Shown here: in pieces, positions 1-9,174 of the stretch
How the letters are laid out: each line of letters starts with the position of its first letter
Numbering within the stretch: the stretch's first letter is position 1
DNA from: an uncultured Bacteroidota bacterium
GTDB lineage: Bacteria > Bacteroidota > Rhodothermia > Rhodothermales > UBA10348
Direction: 5' to 3'
DNA: 54,107 nt
Assembly (NCBI GenBank): GCA_937877085.1
Contig: CALEEY010000044.1
Location: 1-54,107, forward strand
The notes under the pieces: generated by a model
What the model was told of the DNA's origin: nothing
Seen by the model: only the letters and a program-made list of their open reading frames with translations
Databases searched by the model: none
Translations under genes and position numbers: made by a program

Positions 1-116
1 CCCTCGCGGGGTTCTGGATGAACCGATCTAGCAAAAACCTTGTTCGGAACTACAGAAAGCCCGAATCCTGCCAAAGCTAACGTTAGAAAACTACGGCGGG
101 AATGTGGTTGAGCCAT
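1..116 (-). CDS. 5' part of a Tat-exported protein (runs off the window edge)
   Basis: Read manually; not in the ORF track. ATG at 116 gives MAQPHSRRSFLTLALAGFGLSVVPNKVFARSVHPEPRE, with an SRRSFL twin-arginine motif, hydrophobic core and VFA cleavage-like site. Confidence 0.7.
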   Translation of the reverse strand, partial: MAQPHSRRSFLTLALAGFGLSVVPNKVFARSVHPEPRE

Positions 117-249
117 GGCAATTACTCTTGAGTTGCAATCGGATACGGAAAGTACATCACAGAAGACGAAAAGTTGAATTGTTGGTTTCTTTTTGCCTTT
201 GCAATCTTACCTTCACCGGATCATCACAAAATTCGTCGGGAGTCATCAA

Positions 250-1809
250 ATGGAAAATGTTCAAAAAGAGGCTGGTCAAGATCGCAGTTGGGTCAATCGA
301 TGGTTGAATGGAATCGAGTCAGTGGGAAATAAGCTGCCCGATCCCTCCATGTTATTCTTGATTTCAATGGTCGTGGTATGGGTGCTTTCGCTCATTATGT
401 CTGGAATGAGCTTTTCCGATATCGATCCACGCTCGGGCAGTCCGATTCAAATAGTCAACCTGCTTAGTGGGACGGCCCTCACCACTTTTTTGTCCCAAAT
501 GGTGACCATCTTTACCAGCTTTGCCCCGCTTGGGGTGGTTCTCGTGGCCATGCTGGGGGTTGGGGTTGCTGACGAAGCCGGATATTTCAATACGAGCATC
601 AAGATTATGCTTGGTTGGACGCCCAAAGCCCTGATGACTCCGATGGTCGTTTTGGTGGGTCTTTTAAGCCACAGCGCGATTGACGCCGGGTACGTCCTGG
701 TAATTCCTCTGGGGGGCATCATTTTCTATGCCGTTGGGAGACATCCCGTTGCGGGGATTGCGGCAGCCTTTGCCGGGGTATCCGGCGGATTTAGCGCCAA
801 TCCTCTCCCCGGTGCTTTGGATCCTCTGTTGCAAGGCTTCACCCAACCAGCCGCTCAAATCCTTGATGCGGCGGTACAGGTTAATCCGCTCGGCAATTAC
901 TTTTTCACATCGATCTCTAGTATCCTCATCATTGCGCTCGGTTGGTTCATTACGGACAAAATTGTCGAGCCTCGCTTAAACCGCACCTCGCCCATAGATG
1001 CAGATTCGGAGAAAGGGCCAGATATGGATAAGGTATCTATCAAAGAGCGTAAAGCGTTCTGGTGGGCGACCCTAGTTATGGTGGCGGGACTCGTGATTTT
1101 GGCGATGACCATGCTTCCCGTTAATTCGCCTTTTAGGGATGAGAACGGCTCCTTAAACTCGTTCTCGGCCCCCATCATGCACTCGATTGTGCCGTTAATT
1201 TTCCTCCTGTTTTTGATTCCCGGAGTGGTTTACGGCTTTGTGGTCGGTAAGTATACTACATCGAAGGATATGGTTGATGCCATGACCAAATCGATGAGCG
1301 GCATGTCCTACTACATCGTGATGGCCTTTTTCTGTTCTTTGTTTGTGTACGCATTCGGGCAGTCAAACATTGGGGCGTTACTGGCGCTTAAAGGAGCTTC
1401 TTTGCTCAAGGCGCTCGCATTTCCGGGAGGCGTCACCATTGTAGGAATCATCTTTCTGACAGCGTTTGTGAACCTATTTGTGGGTTCTGCTTCGGCGAAA
1501 TGGGCTTTACTGGCTCCTATCTTCGTTCCGATGCTCATGCAAGTGGGGATTTCGCCGGAGTTGACGCAAGCCGCCTACCGCGTTGGAGACTCCTCCTCCA
1601 ATATTATCACTCCGTTGATGCCTTATTTCCCCCTTGTGGTCGTGTATTGCCAGCGATATGTCCGCAAAACAGGGATTGGTACGCTTACGTCTTTTATGCT
1701 ACCCTATAGCGTCACGTTCATTGTGGTCTGGTCGCTGTTTTTGCTGCTTTACTGGGCGATCGGGATTCCGCTCGGACTGGGCGCTTCCTACGTCTATCCA
1801 CCGATGTAA
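250..1809 (+). CDS. abgT: AbgT family transporter
   Basis: Polytopic membrane protein with GNKLPDP, FAGVSGGFSAN and YRVGDSSSNIITPLMPYFP, typical of AbgT/YdaH/MtrF. ATG at 250 is preferred over TTG at 193. Confidence 0.9.
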   Translation: MENVQKEAGQDRSWVNRWLNGIESVGNKLPDPSMLFLISMVVVWVLSLIMSGMSFSDIDPRSGSPIQIVNLLSGTALTTFLSQMVTIFTSFAPLGVVLVAMLGVGVADEAGYFNTSIKIMLGWTPKALMTPMVVLVGLLSHSAIDAGYVLVIPLGGIIFYAVGRHPVAGIAAAFAGVSGGFSANPLPGALDPLLQGFTQPAAQILDAAVQVNPLGNYFFTSISSILIIALGWFITDKIVEPRLNRTSPIDADSEKGPDMDKVSIKERKAFWWATLVMVAGLVILAMTMLPVNSPFRDENGSLNSFSAPIMHSIVPLIFLLFLIPGVVYGFVVGKYTTSKDMVDAMTKSMSGMSYYIVMAFFCSLFVYAFGQSNIGALLALKGASLLKALAFPGGVTIVGIIFLTAFVNLFVGSASAKWALLAPIFVPMLMQVGISPELTQAAYRVGDSSSNIITPLMPYFPLVVVYCQRYVRKTGIGTLTSFMLPYSVTFIVVWSLFLLLYWAIGIPLGLGASYVYPPM

Positions 1810-1851
1810 GAATCCGTACGCACGTAGTAGAATGGAAAAAGGCGCTCTGAG

Positions 1852-2406
1852 TTGAATCCTGACAATAAAACCGTGGCAGAAATCCATATCCGGCGCGCCC
1901 TCGTAGAGGACGCGCCGGATATCCATAACCTTATTGATGCCTCCATTCGGGGCTTAGGCGGTCGATACTACGATTCGCAGCAGGTCGAAAGCTCACTAAA
2001 ACACCTGTTTGGCGTCGATTCAACCATGATAGCGGACGGCACCTACGTTGTCGCGACGGTCAAGGGCAAGGTGGTCGGCTCCGGCGGATGGAGTAACAGA
2101 CGGACGCCGTTCGGTGGCGATCAGGCCACAAGCGTCAGAAACGCCGCATTACGAGATCCGGCAAAAGACCCCGCCATTATCCGTGCGATGTATGTCCATC
2201 CGGCTTGGGCTCGGATGAAAATCGGGCAGATGATTATCACCACCTGCGAGTACGCCGCGAGAAATGCCGGCTTTACTGAAATGGAATTGGTTGCGACCCT
2301 AAGCGGCGTCGATTTCTACCGTAAACAAGGCTATTCTTGGCAAGAAAAGGTAGACATTGAGTTGCCTGACGGAACGGTCATACCGTGTTATCGGATGACG
2401 AAATAG
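1852..2406 (+). CDS. GNAT family N-acetyltransferase
   Basis: IRAMYVHPAWARMKIG acetyl-CoA motif A and ATLSGVDFYRKQGY motif B. Confidence 0.85.
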   Translation: MNPDNKTVAEIHIRRALVEDAPDIHNLIDASIRGLGGRYYDSQQVESSLKHLFGVDSTMIADGTYVVATVKGKVVGSGGWSNRRTPFGGDQATSVRNAALRDPAKDPAIIRAMYVHPAWARMKIGQMIITTCEYAARNAGFTEMELVATLSGVDFYRKQGYSWQEKVDIELPDGTVIPCYRMTK

Positions 2407-2470
2407 TGGCCACCCAACGGTCGCGGAATAACGCAGTGGCCGGTCAACTGAAACCTAGCGAAGTGCCGTC

Positions 2471-3754
2471 TTAGTTCACCGTGCTTGGGTCGATTCGGGT
2501 AGGCGTTTTTTCACCCGAAATAATGGTCGCGGCGCCAGCGGCAATGGCTTTGATGGCATTGGTCATGTGCTCCAAATCTAGCGTCGAGACTTCATCACTT
2601 GCCTGATGATAGTCGGTGTCCACGTCGATAGGAGTCGTGCTGATGGAATGTGCGGGAACGCCCAGTCTCGCAAGGGTTGCATTATCCGAGCGGTAGAATA
2701 AGTTTTGGTCTGGATACGGATCTGCATAAAAGTTAAATACGGTTCCTTCGACAGCTTCTTGAAGAATGGTTCCAAAATCAGAACGGTCAAAACCAGTAAT
2801 CCAAGCTGTATTGGGTCCTTCAACTGCTGGCTTTCCGATCATTTCAATATTGAACATGGCTACGATTTGGTCAGGATTAACCAATTCAGAGAAATGTCTC
2901 GATCCATAACCACCCGATTCTTCCGCCGTGAATGCAACGAAATAAATGGTTCGTTCTGGTTGGCCCATGGACTTGAAGTACCGAGCCAATTCTATTACGG
3001 CCGTCGTGCCAGAAGCATCGTCGTTGGCGCCATTGAAAATGGAGTCAGGTTCGGCCCCACCACGAACGCCTAGGTGGTCATAATGACCTGAAAAAACAAC
3101 GATTTCGTCGGTCCTTTTACCCTCGATCATCCCAGCCACATTGGCAATCATGGCCTCTGTCGTAGATGCTTTGGCTGCGACCGAGAAGGTTTTTACCGTT
3201 TTGACCGCAGATAACACCATAACCATGTTAGAACCACCGCCTACCGTCATGGAACGCGAAGGACGGCGTAAAAACCCTGCGATTTGGTCGAAGGCTTCTT
3301 TTTGATCTGGATGAACAACCAGTAATGTGTTGGGCACGCTTCTATTAGACCTCCAGGTAGCCATCAAATTGTCTCCGGCTCCTACATATGTCGGGACTAC
3401 CTCCCCTCCTTCCATCCAGTTCAATGAATCCGAAGAAACGCTGGCAGCAACCAAATCAGAAGCGATTTCTTCGCCGTTAATCGATGCTGAAATGGATGCC
3501 GTAGAGACCGTATACAGCGGAAAATCTTGGATGAAGTCTGTATCGCCATTTAGTTTGGACAATCCGATCGCTTCAAATTCGGAACCGATAAAGTTGGCAG
3601 CGTCCATCGCTTCGGGAGCAAAAGCCTGTCTACCTCGCATATCATCGGAAGCCAAGGTCGAAATGACGCGCGTAACATCGGCGATATTCGGCTCTTTAGG
3701 GCCGCACGCAGAAAGTAAAAGGGCTCCAAAAAGCAGGACAGCGAAGTTTTTCAT
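2471..3754 (-). CDS. M28 family aminopeptidase, lipoprotein
   Basis: Lipobox LSAC; metal ligands SGHYDH, GANDDASG, FTAEE, NIEMIG, YHQASD. Start placed at MKNFAV. Confidence 0.9.
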   Translation of the reverse strand: MKNFAVLLFGALLLSACGPKEPNIADVTRVISTLASDDMRGRQAFAPEAMDAANFIGSEFEAIGLSKLNGDTDFIQDFPLYTVSTASISASINGEEIASDLVAASVSSDSLNWMEGGEVVPTYVGAGDNLMATWRSNRSVPNTLLVVHPDQKEAFDQIAGFLRRPSRSMTVGGGSNMVMVLSAVKTVKTFSVAAKASTTEAMIANVAGMIEGKRTDEIVVFSGHYDHLGVRGGAEPDSIFNGANDDASGTTAVIELARYFKSMGQPERTIYFVAFTAEESGGYGSRHFSELVNPDQIVAMFNIEMIGKPAVEGPNTAWITGFDRSDFGTILQEAVEGTVFNFYADPYPDQNLFYRSDNATLARLGVPAHSISTTPIDVDTDYHQASDEVSTLDLEHMTNAIKAIAAGAATIISGEKTPTRIDPSTVN

Positions 3755-3903
3755 GGTAGTCAGCAATGGTTCATCGAAATCAAATCAAAGCATCCATTCA
3801 AAGCGAAAGATGCCGATTAGATCAAAATTAGCGCATGGCCACCTGTAGCACCATCAATACTTGATGGATAAAAAGAGCTCAATAATCAACTGTTGATGGA
3901 GGG

Positions 3904-6717
3904 CTAGCTATCCTTTGCTGCTTTTTCCCTGGCTTCCTTGGCCTTCTTTTTCTCCAGATCCGTTTCTAAAAATGGAATACCGTCCGAAATCCATTTGGCT
4001 GGCTCGCTGTCCCGAAGGAAATGATTAAACCAATCGTGTGTGCGATTGGCATAGTCGAGCTGGTTTTGCCTAAGCCTAAGCCCATGATTTTCGCCGTCAT
4101 ACACCAGAAGTATGAACTCTTTCTCTAAGCGCCGCATGGTGTTATACATTTCAACACCCTGATTGAAATCGACGGCGCCGTCCTCATCACCAAATGCGAC
4201 CAGCAACGGAGTATTGATTTTTGAGGCGTTAAACACCGGGGAGTTTTGAATGAACTTCTCCATATCCTCCCAATACGGTTTGGGAAATCGTCCCTGACTA
4301 ACTTCAAAAATGGATGCGTCGGTGCCTCCTGAATTCCAATAAATGGAATTATACATGCTGATCATGTTGGTCAGCGGAGCTCCAGCGACAGCTGCCGAAA
4401 AAATATCGGTCTGTGTAACCACGAAAGCCGTCTGATAGGCTCCCCACGAATGCCCTGTTAACCCCACGCGGTCGGCGTCTACCATCCCCGAATCGATCAC
4501 CTTTTGGACCGCGGGCACCAACGCTTCTACCGCCGACATCCCAGGATCGCTCAACCGATACACGATATCTGGTTCGTAAACGAAATACCCTTCCGATGAA
4601 AATCGGCGCTGGTTGTAGGCGCTCGATCGGCTAGGCGTGGTGTACGAGTGCAAACTCTGAGACCGTAATTCGTAGATGTATACAATCATTGGATACTTTT
4701 TGCCCGCTTCGTAATTGGCCGGATACAACAAACGCCCCTGAAGGGCAACGCCATTGGCGTTGGCAAAGTCGACCAATTCAGACCTACCCCAATAGTAGTC
4801 CGTTTGCTGCTTGTTCGTGTCGGTTAGCTGAACAGGATTGCTAAACGATTCGTCAACCGCAAAGATATTGGGAGACTCATCCGCTTTCTGGGTCATAAAC
4901 GTAAATACAGGCGCATCATCAGCCTTTCGAAGACTAGAAATCATCCTTGGCTCGTACACCAGTTTTTCCAAAGTAGCCAGGTCTTCACTGCGCCGTGGGT
5001 TTTTGCGCAGGATGTAATATCCCGAGTCTTTGGTTACCTCTCCATAGGCGCTGAAGAAAATAGCGTCATTGGGACCAATGGTCTCCTTTTCAAAATCCAA
5101 CCTGACTTGGCGGAATTGAATTTGGTCTTTCGCACCGTTCGTTAGGCGCTTCGTGCCACTCCCGTCTGCCTTCACCAGATAGGCATCAAATTGATCATAC
5201 AGAATGACGGATCCATCTTTGTCCGTCCACTGAGCACTTCCAAAAGCGCGATCTTCTTCCCGTCCATAGATAGAAGTAAAATCGTTGAACTGGGTATCGA
5301 TGTCCTCGGTTAAATTTCGATGCTCCCCACTTGCCACAGAGTAGGACCACCAATCATTCCCCCGGAAATACAACACGAAATATCCATCTGGCGACGTGCT
5401 AACAAATTCAATGCGCTCCAGAATTCGCTTCCGTTCTCCGGTCTGGGTATCTATTACGTACACATCCTGCCAGGTCTCTCTAAATGCGGGTTCATAGGGC
5501 GTGGTATCGTAACCCACAGCGTGTTTCTGATCTCCGGTAAGGGTAACGCTTCGAATATTGTCGTCAGCTAACTTTGCAAAGCTGTTTTTTGCAAGGGTCC
5601 ACGACGACTGATAGGTATAATTCCGGTCCGAAGAGGCCCTAACTCCTTGACTTGGTTGAACGATTGGGTCTTTCCAGTGCCAAATATCAACCCCAGCAGG
5701 ATCCAAATCTTTGTCGCGATCCGCGTTTGTTTTGCTCTCTGCTTTTGTGGAATCTGATTCGGCCTTCTTTTCTTTTGCGTCCGTTTCATCCTGGATCCGA
5801 GATTTTAGACCAAAAAACAGTTGGGTGCCGTCCTCTGACCACGCAACGGAGCCTTCGGACGCTATGCGAAAATCGATTGGAAACCCGGAAAAAGTGGCCC
5901 CATCAAATATTTTTGAGGTCGACGCGCCATCCAATTTGCTAAATGCATACACCAAATGATCCGGATAATCCTTCCCTTTCCTCGAACCTTCTTTCAAAAA
6001 AGCCAGGTCGAACGAATGATCTCTCCATTCCAATCCGGAATACGTGCGAACATCACTGTCCAATATCTTCGTTGTGGAAGCGTTCAAATCCATTAGTTGG
6101 ACGCCGTTTCCGAGTTTTTCTGATGCATCAATGGCCACCGCAAGCAGAGATCCTTCCGGGCTAAACGCGTATTCCGAAACGTTTCCAACGTTTTGCATCG
6201 TCCCAGTTTTTAGGTTTCGAACCACAAGATCTGAGCCTTCCGTCTTTACTCCTTCCGCCTTGTACTTTCGAATAGCTAAATACCGTCCATCATCCGAAAA
6301 AACAGCAGATTGCACGGCTTTTATAGTGTCGACGTGTGCAGTCTGCAGATTCAGCAATCCTAGAGACAATTTTACTGTTTCTTTCGACTTTTCCTTTTTC
6401 TTGGTCTCATCCTCGGACAATCCAATCGTGAAGGCCAACCAATGGTTGTCGTTTGAAAACCTTGGATTGCTGCCAAACATAAACTTGTGCTCCGAATCTC
6501 CTTTCACCGAGCGCGCCACAAGCCATCCGTCGCCTTCTTCCAAAACAATTTGATAGGCAAACCATTTTCCATCAGGGGAAAGCGTATTGGAACCGATTCG
6601 CTCCCATTGAGCATAATCCTCCAGCGTTAAATCTTTTTTCTGCGCAAACAGAACGACCGGAGTCAGGATGAGAATGAGGGCGAATGCAACCAATTGAGGC
6701 CGAAATAGTCGAGTCAT
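3904..6717 (-). CDS. S9 family (prolyl oligopeptidase-like) secreted peptidase
   Basis: Signal peptide, beta-propeller repeats (SPDGKW, FSDDGRYL), nucleophile GHSWG, DGAVD and GENHGL. Start placed at MTRLFR. Confidence 0.9.
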   Translation of the reverse strand: MTRLFRPQLVAFALILILTPVVLFAQKKDLTLEDYAQWERIGSNTLSPDGKWFAYQIVLEEGDGWLVARSVKGDSEHKFMFGSNPRFSNDNHWLAFTIGLSEDETKKKEKSKETVKLSLGLLNLQTAHVDTIKAVQSAVFSDDGRYLAIRKYKAEGVKTEGSDLVVRNLKTGTMQNVGNVSEYAFSPEGSLLAVAIDASEKLGNGVQLMDLNASTTKILDSDVRTYSGLEWRDHSFDLAFLKEGSRKGKDYPDHLVYAFSKLDGASTSKIFDGATFSGFPIDFRIASEGSVAWSEDGTQLFFGLKSRIQDETDAKEKKAESDSTKAESKTNADRDKDLDPAGVDIWHWKDPIVQPSQGVRASSDRNYTYQSSWTLAKNSFAKLADDNIRSVTLTGDQKHAVGYDTTPYEPAFRETWQDVYVIDTQTGERKRILERIEFVSTSPDGYFVLYFRGNDWWSYSVASGEHRNLTEDIDTQFNDFTSIYGREEDRAFGSAQWTDKDGSVILYDQFDAYLVKADGSGTKRLTNGAKDQIQFRQVRLDFEKETIGPNDAIFFSAYGEVTKDSGYYILRKNPRRSEDLATLEKLVYEPRMISSLRKADDAPVFTFMTQKADESPNIFAVDESFSNPVQLTDTNKQQTDYYWGRSELVDFANANGVALQGRLLYPANYEAGKKYPMIVYIYELRSQSLHSYTTPSRSSAYNQRRFSSEGYFVYEPDIVYRLSDPGMSAVEALVPAVQKVIDSGMVDADRVGLTGHSWGAYQTAFVVTQTDIFSAAVAGAPLTNMISMYNSIYWNSGGTDASIFEVSQGRFPKPYWEDMEKFIQNSPVFNASKINTPLLVAFGDEDGAVDFNQGVEMYNTMRRLEKEFILLVYDGENHGLRLRQNQLDYANRTHDWFNHFLRDSEPAKWISDGIPFLETDLEKKKAKEAREKAAKDS

Positions 6718-6933
6718 GTTCGAAGGACCAAGAATAGGGGTATGCGACAATGAACCGTTGATATAATTATCCGGTAACACAGCCACTGAATCGATGATGC
6801 CTCAAGATTCGACAAGAAAGGATCAAAATGCAAGTGTGACCAACTTGATTGGGTATCAAACAGTTTGTCCAATTCCTCGATTCATCTTCCTATTTTCCTT
6901 TTATCTACAAACGAGTAACTCTTCCCACCCGCT

Positions 6934-7527
6934 ATGCAACTTGAAACCCCGCGCCTCATTATTCGAGATTTCGCTCTAACAGACGCCGCTTTTATACTCC
7001 AATTGGTGAATGAGCCAGCCTTTCATATAAACATTGGAGATAAAGGCGTCCGTACCCTAGACGATGCCCGCGCTTACATTCAAAACGCAGGTCTAGACAG
7101 CTACGAAAAACTGGGTTTTGGGATGTATTTGGTGGTTTTGAAAGACGCGGGGACGCTCGCAGGACGCTCCTCGGAGCCCATTGGAAGCACCTTAAGTCCC
7201 CATACAAACCAGGGGACTCCCATTGGAATGTGCGGGCTTCTCAAGCGGGACTTTCTCCAGCACCCCGATGTAGGGTTCGCATATGCTTCTGCGTATTGGA
7301 ACAAAGGATATGGGACGGAGGCAGCAAAAGCCGTAATGCATTGGGCAACAACAGTTTTGGGCTATTCAACATTGTCCGCCTTTACGACCACAACCAATGG
7401 GGCATCCATTCAACTCTTAAAAAAATCAGGATTTACGTCGTTGGGCGAACAGATTTTCCCTGGGAGAGATGCGAAAAGTCATGTTTTGATCTGGAACGCT
7501 TCTAGCGAACCATACTCAGGGATTTAG
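6934..7527 (+). CDS. GNAT (RimJ/RimL-like) N-acetyltransferase
   Basis: LETPRLIIR start, PIGMCGL, DVGFAY, YWNKGYGTEAA, NGASIQLLKKSGF. Confidence 0.85.
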   Translation: MQLETPRLIIRDFALTDAAFILQLVNEPAFHINIGDKGVRTLDDARAYIQNAGLDSYEKLGFGMYLVVLKDAGTLAGRSSEPIGSTLSPHTNQGTPIGMCGLLKRDFLQHPDVGFAYASAYWNKGYGTEAAKAVMHWATTVLGYSTLSAFTTTTNGASIQLLKKSGFTSLGEQIFPGRDAKSHVLIWNASSEPYSGI

Positions 7528-9166
7528 TCTGAACGCCTTGGCTCGTTGTGACTCTCAAAAAATACGTCCCACTGGGTAGGGAGCCAGCTTCAAAGGGGAT
7601 TTGATGTCTCCCAGCCTGAAGTTGCCGATTTAAAACAGTCGCGACATTCTTCCCTACCACGTCAAAAAGGGCTATTTGGACAGCCTGTGACCGATCTATC
7701 TCAAAGTCGATCATGGTTCGGTCTTGGAAAGGATTGGGATACGTAGTCAATAGACGGACGGCTTCAGGCTCAGTCCACGGTTCGGTGTTCGTCACAAACG
7801 ACGAATCAAGAATAGAAATGGGGCTAAAAGAGCCAGAAATAAGCGATTCTACTTCTGTCTGCTCAAGACCAAACCAATCCTTCAAAATGGAAGCGTACAG
7901 ACCTCTAAAATCGATACTGTAGTTCATATTTCCCCCAGGTGCGAGCTGGGTAAGACTGGGCTGCGCCCCGATCAATCCTCCGGCTACTCCCCCGCCAAAC
8001 ATAAAAAGGGGCGCGCTAGTGCCATGATCCGTTCCGCCCGACCCGTTTTGATAGATCCGGCGCCCAAATTCAGAAAAAGTCATGACCAGAACTTCTTTAT
8101 CCCATCCGTCAGCTTTTAGGTCGTCCATAAACGCCCCGATCGCGCCGGACAATTCTTGCATTAGACTTTGATGACGGGTCAATTGATTGGAGTGCGTATC
8201 GAATCCACCCAAATTCAGATGATAAATATTCGCCCCTAGTCGTCCCCGTATCAGCTTGGCTGTAATCGCCAAATTACCCGAAAGACCCGTCCTGGACGGG
8301 TACGCTACTAAATTGGAACCTTTGTTGGACGCTGCTTGAATGGAATCCGCAAACTGAAACGAATCGTTGGCCACAGACCGCATAAAGGAAAGCTCACTTC
8401 CGAAGGCGTTGGACGGAGCAAATCCTTCATCAAAAAGAACTCCATCTTGAGCAAATTGCGCCAAAAGGCTGAGATTAGGAAATGCGATTCCCATTCTGGA
8501 AGTCGATCCTTGAAACAGGAGCGGCGCACCGTTTCCGAGTTGTAGAGCCAACGGATAGGTTGGAGCTTGGGTAACAAAATCAGGGTATTCTTGCGTCAGA
8601 TAACGCCCCAGCCATCCCGTGCTCCCAATATGGTCGGACGCATCCCCCGTCAACCAGACATCGGTGGAAGAAAAATGCGACAGTGTCGGGTCTTCGTACC
8701 CGACTCCATTGAGTACTTGCATCACGCCGTCTTTGTACAACCGATCAAAAGAAGTCAAGCTAGGATGGAGTCCAAGATCATTCGAAAGCTTTAAAACGGA
8801 ATTGGGGGAAATAGAAATAGCCGGCCGAATGCGGTAATACTCGGGATCTGAGTAAGGAACGACTGTATTTAATCCATCATTCCCCCCAGAAAGCTGTACC
8901 AAAACCAAAATCCGGTCCGTTCCGGAACGGGACAACGATTGCAGCAATGGAGATGTGGAAAAGGCGCGTACGGTGGACGTTCCAAATCCAAAAGCACTGC
9001 CCGTGGCGGCAAGGCCTAGACCCTCAAGAAATTGACGGCGTGACCATGAAACATGGGCCTGGGCATGTTTTTCGCCATGCTCTATGCACTCGCCCTCTCG
9101 ATGCGCTACGAGCACTTCGTCGCTATTGGGGTTCGATTGATGTGGGCTATGTTCGTGATCGCACAT
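7502..9166 (-). CDS. DUF1501 domain protein with C-terminal T9SS sorting-like domain
   Basis: LVLVQLSGGNDGLNTVVP, GGFDTH and FSEFGRR..NGSGGTDHG (DUF1501); C-terminal YPNPF...LPSGTYFLRV...TKSLSMVR (T9SS type A CTD); N-terminal SRRQFL. Confidence 0.9.
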   Translation of the reverse strand: MCDHEHSPHQSNPNSDEVLVAHREGECIEHGEKHAQAHVSWSRRQFLEGLGLAATGSAFGFGTSTVRAFSTSPLLQSLSRSGTDRILVLVQLSGGNDGLNTVVPYSDPEYYRIRPAISISPNSVLKLSNDLGLHPSLTSFDRLYKDGVMQVLNGVGYEDPTLSHFSSTDVWLTGDASDHIGSTGWLGRYLTQEYPDFVTQAPTYPLALQLGNGAPLLFQGSTSRMGIAFPNLSLLAQFAQDGVLFDEGFAPSNAFGSELSFMRSVANDSFQFADSIQAASNKGSNLVAYPSRTGLSGNLAITAKLIRGRLGANIYHLNLGGFDTHSNQLTRHQSLMQELSGAIGAFMDDLKADGWDKEVLVMTFSEFGRRIYQNGSGGTDHGTSAPLFMFGGGVAGGLIGAQPSLTQLAPGGNMNYSIDFRGLYASILKDWFGLEQTEVESLISGSFSPISILDSSFVTNTEPWTEPEAVRLLTTYPNPFQDRTMIDFEIDRSQAVQIALFDVVGKNVATVLNRQLQAGRHQIPFEAGSLPSGTYFLRVTTSQGVQTKSLSMVR

Positions 9167-9174
9167 AATGATTC

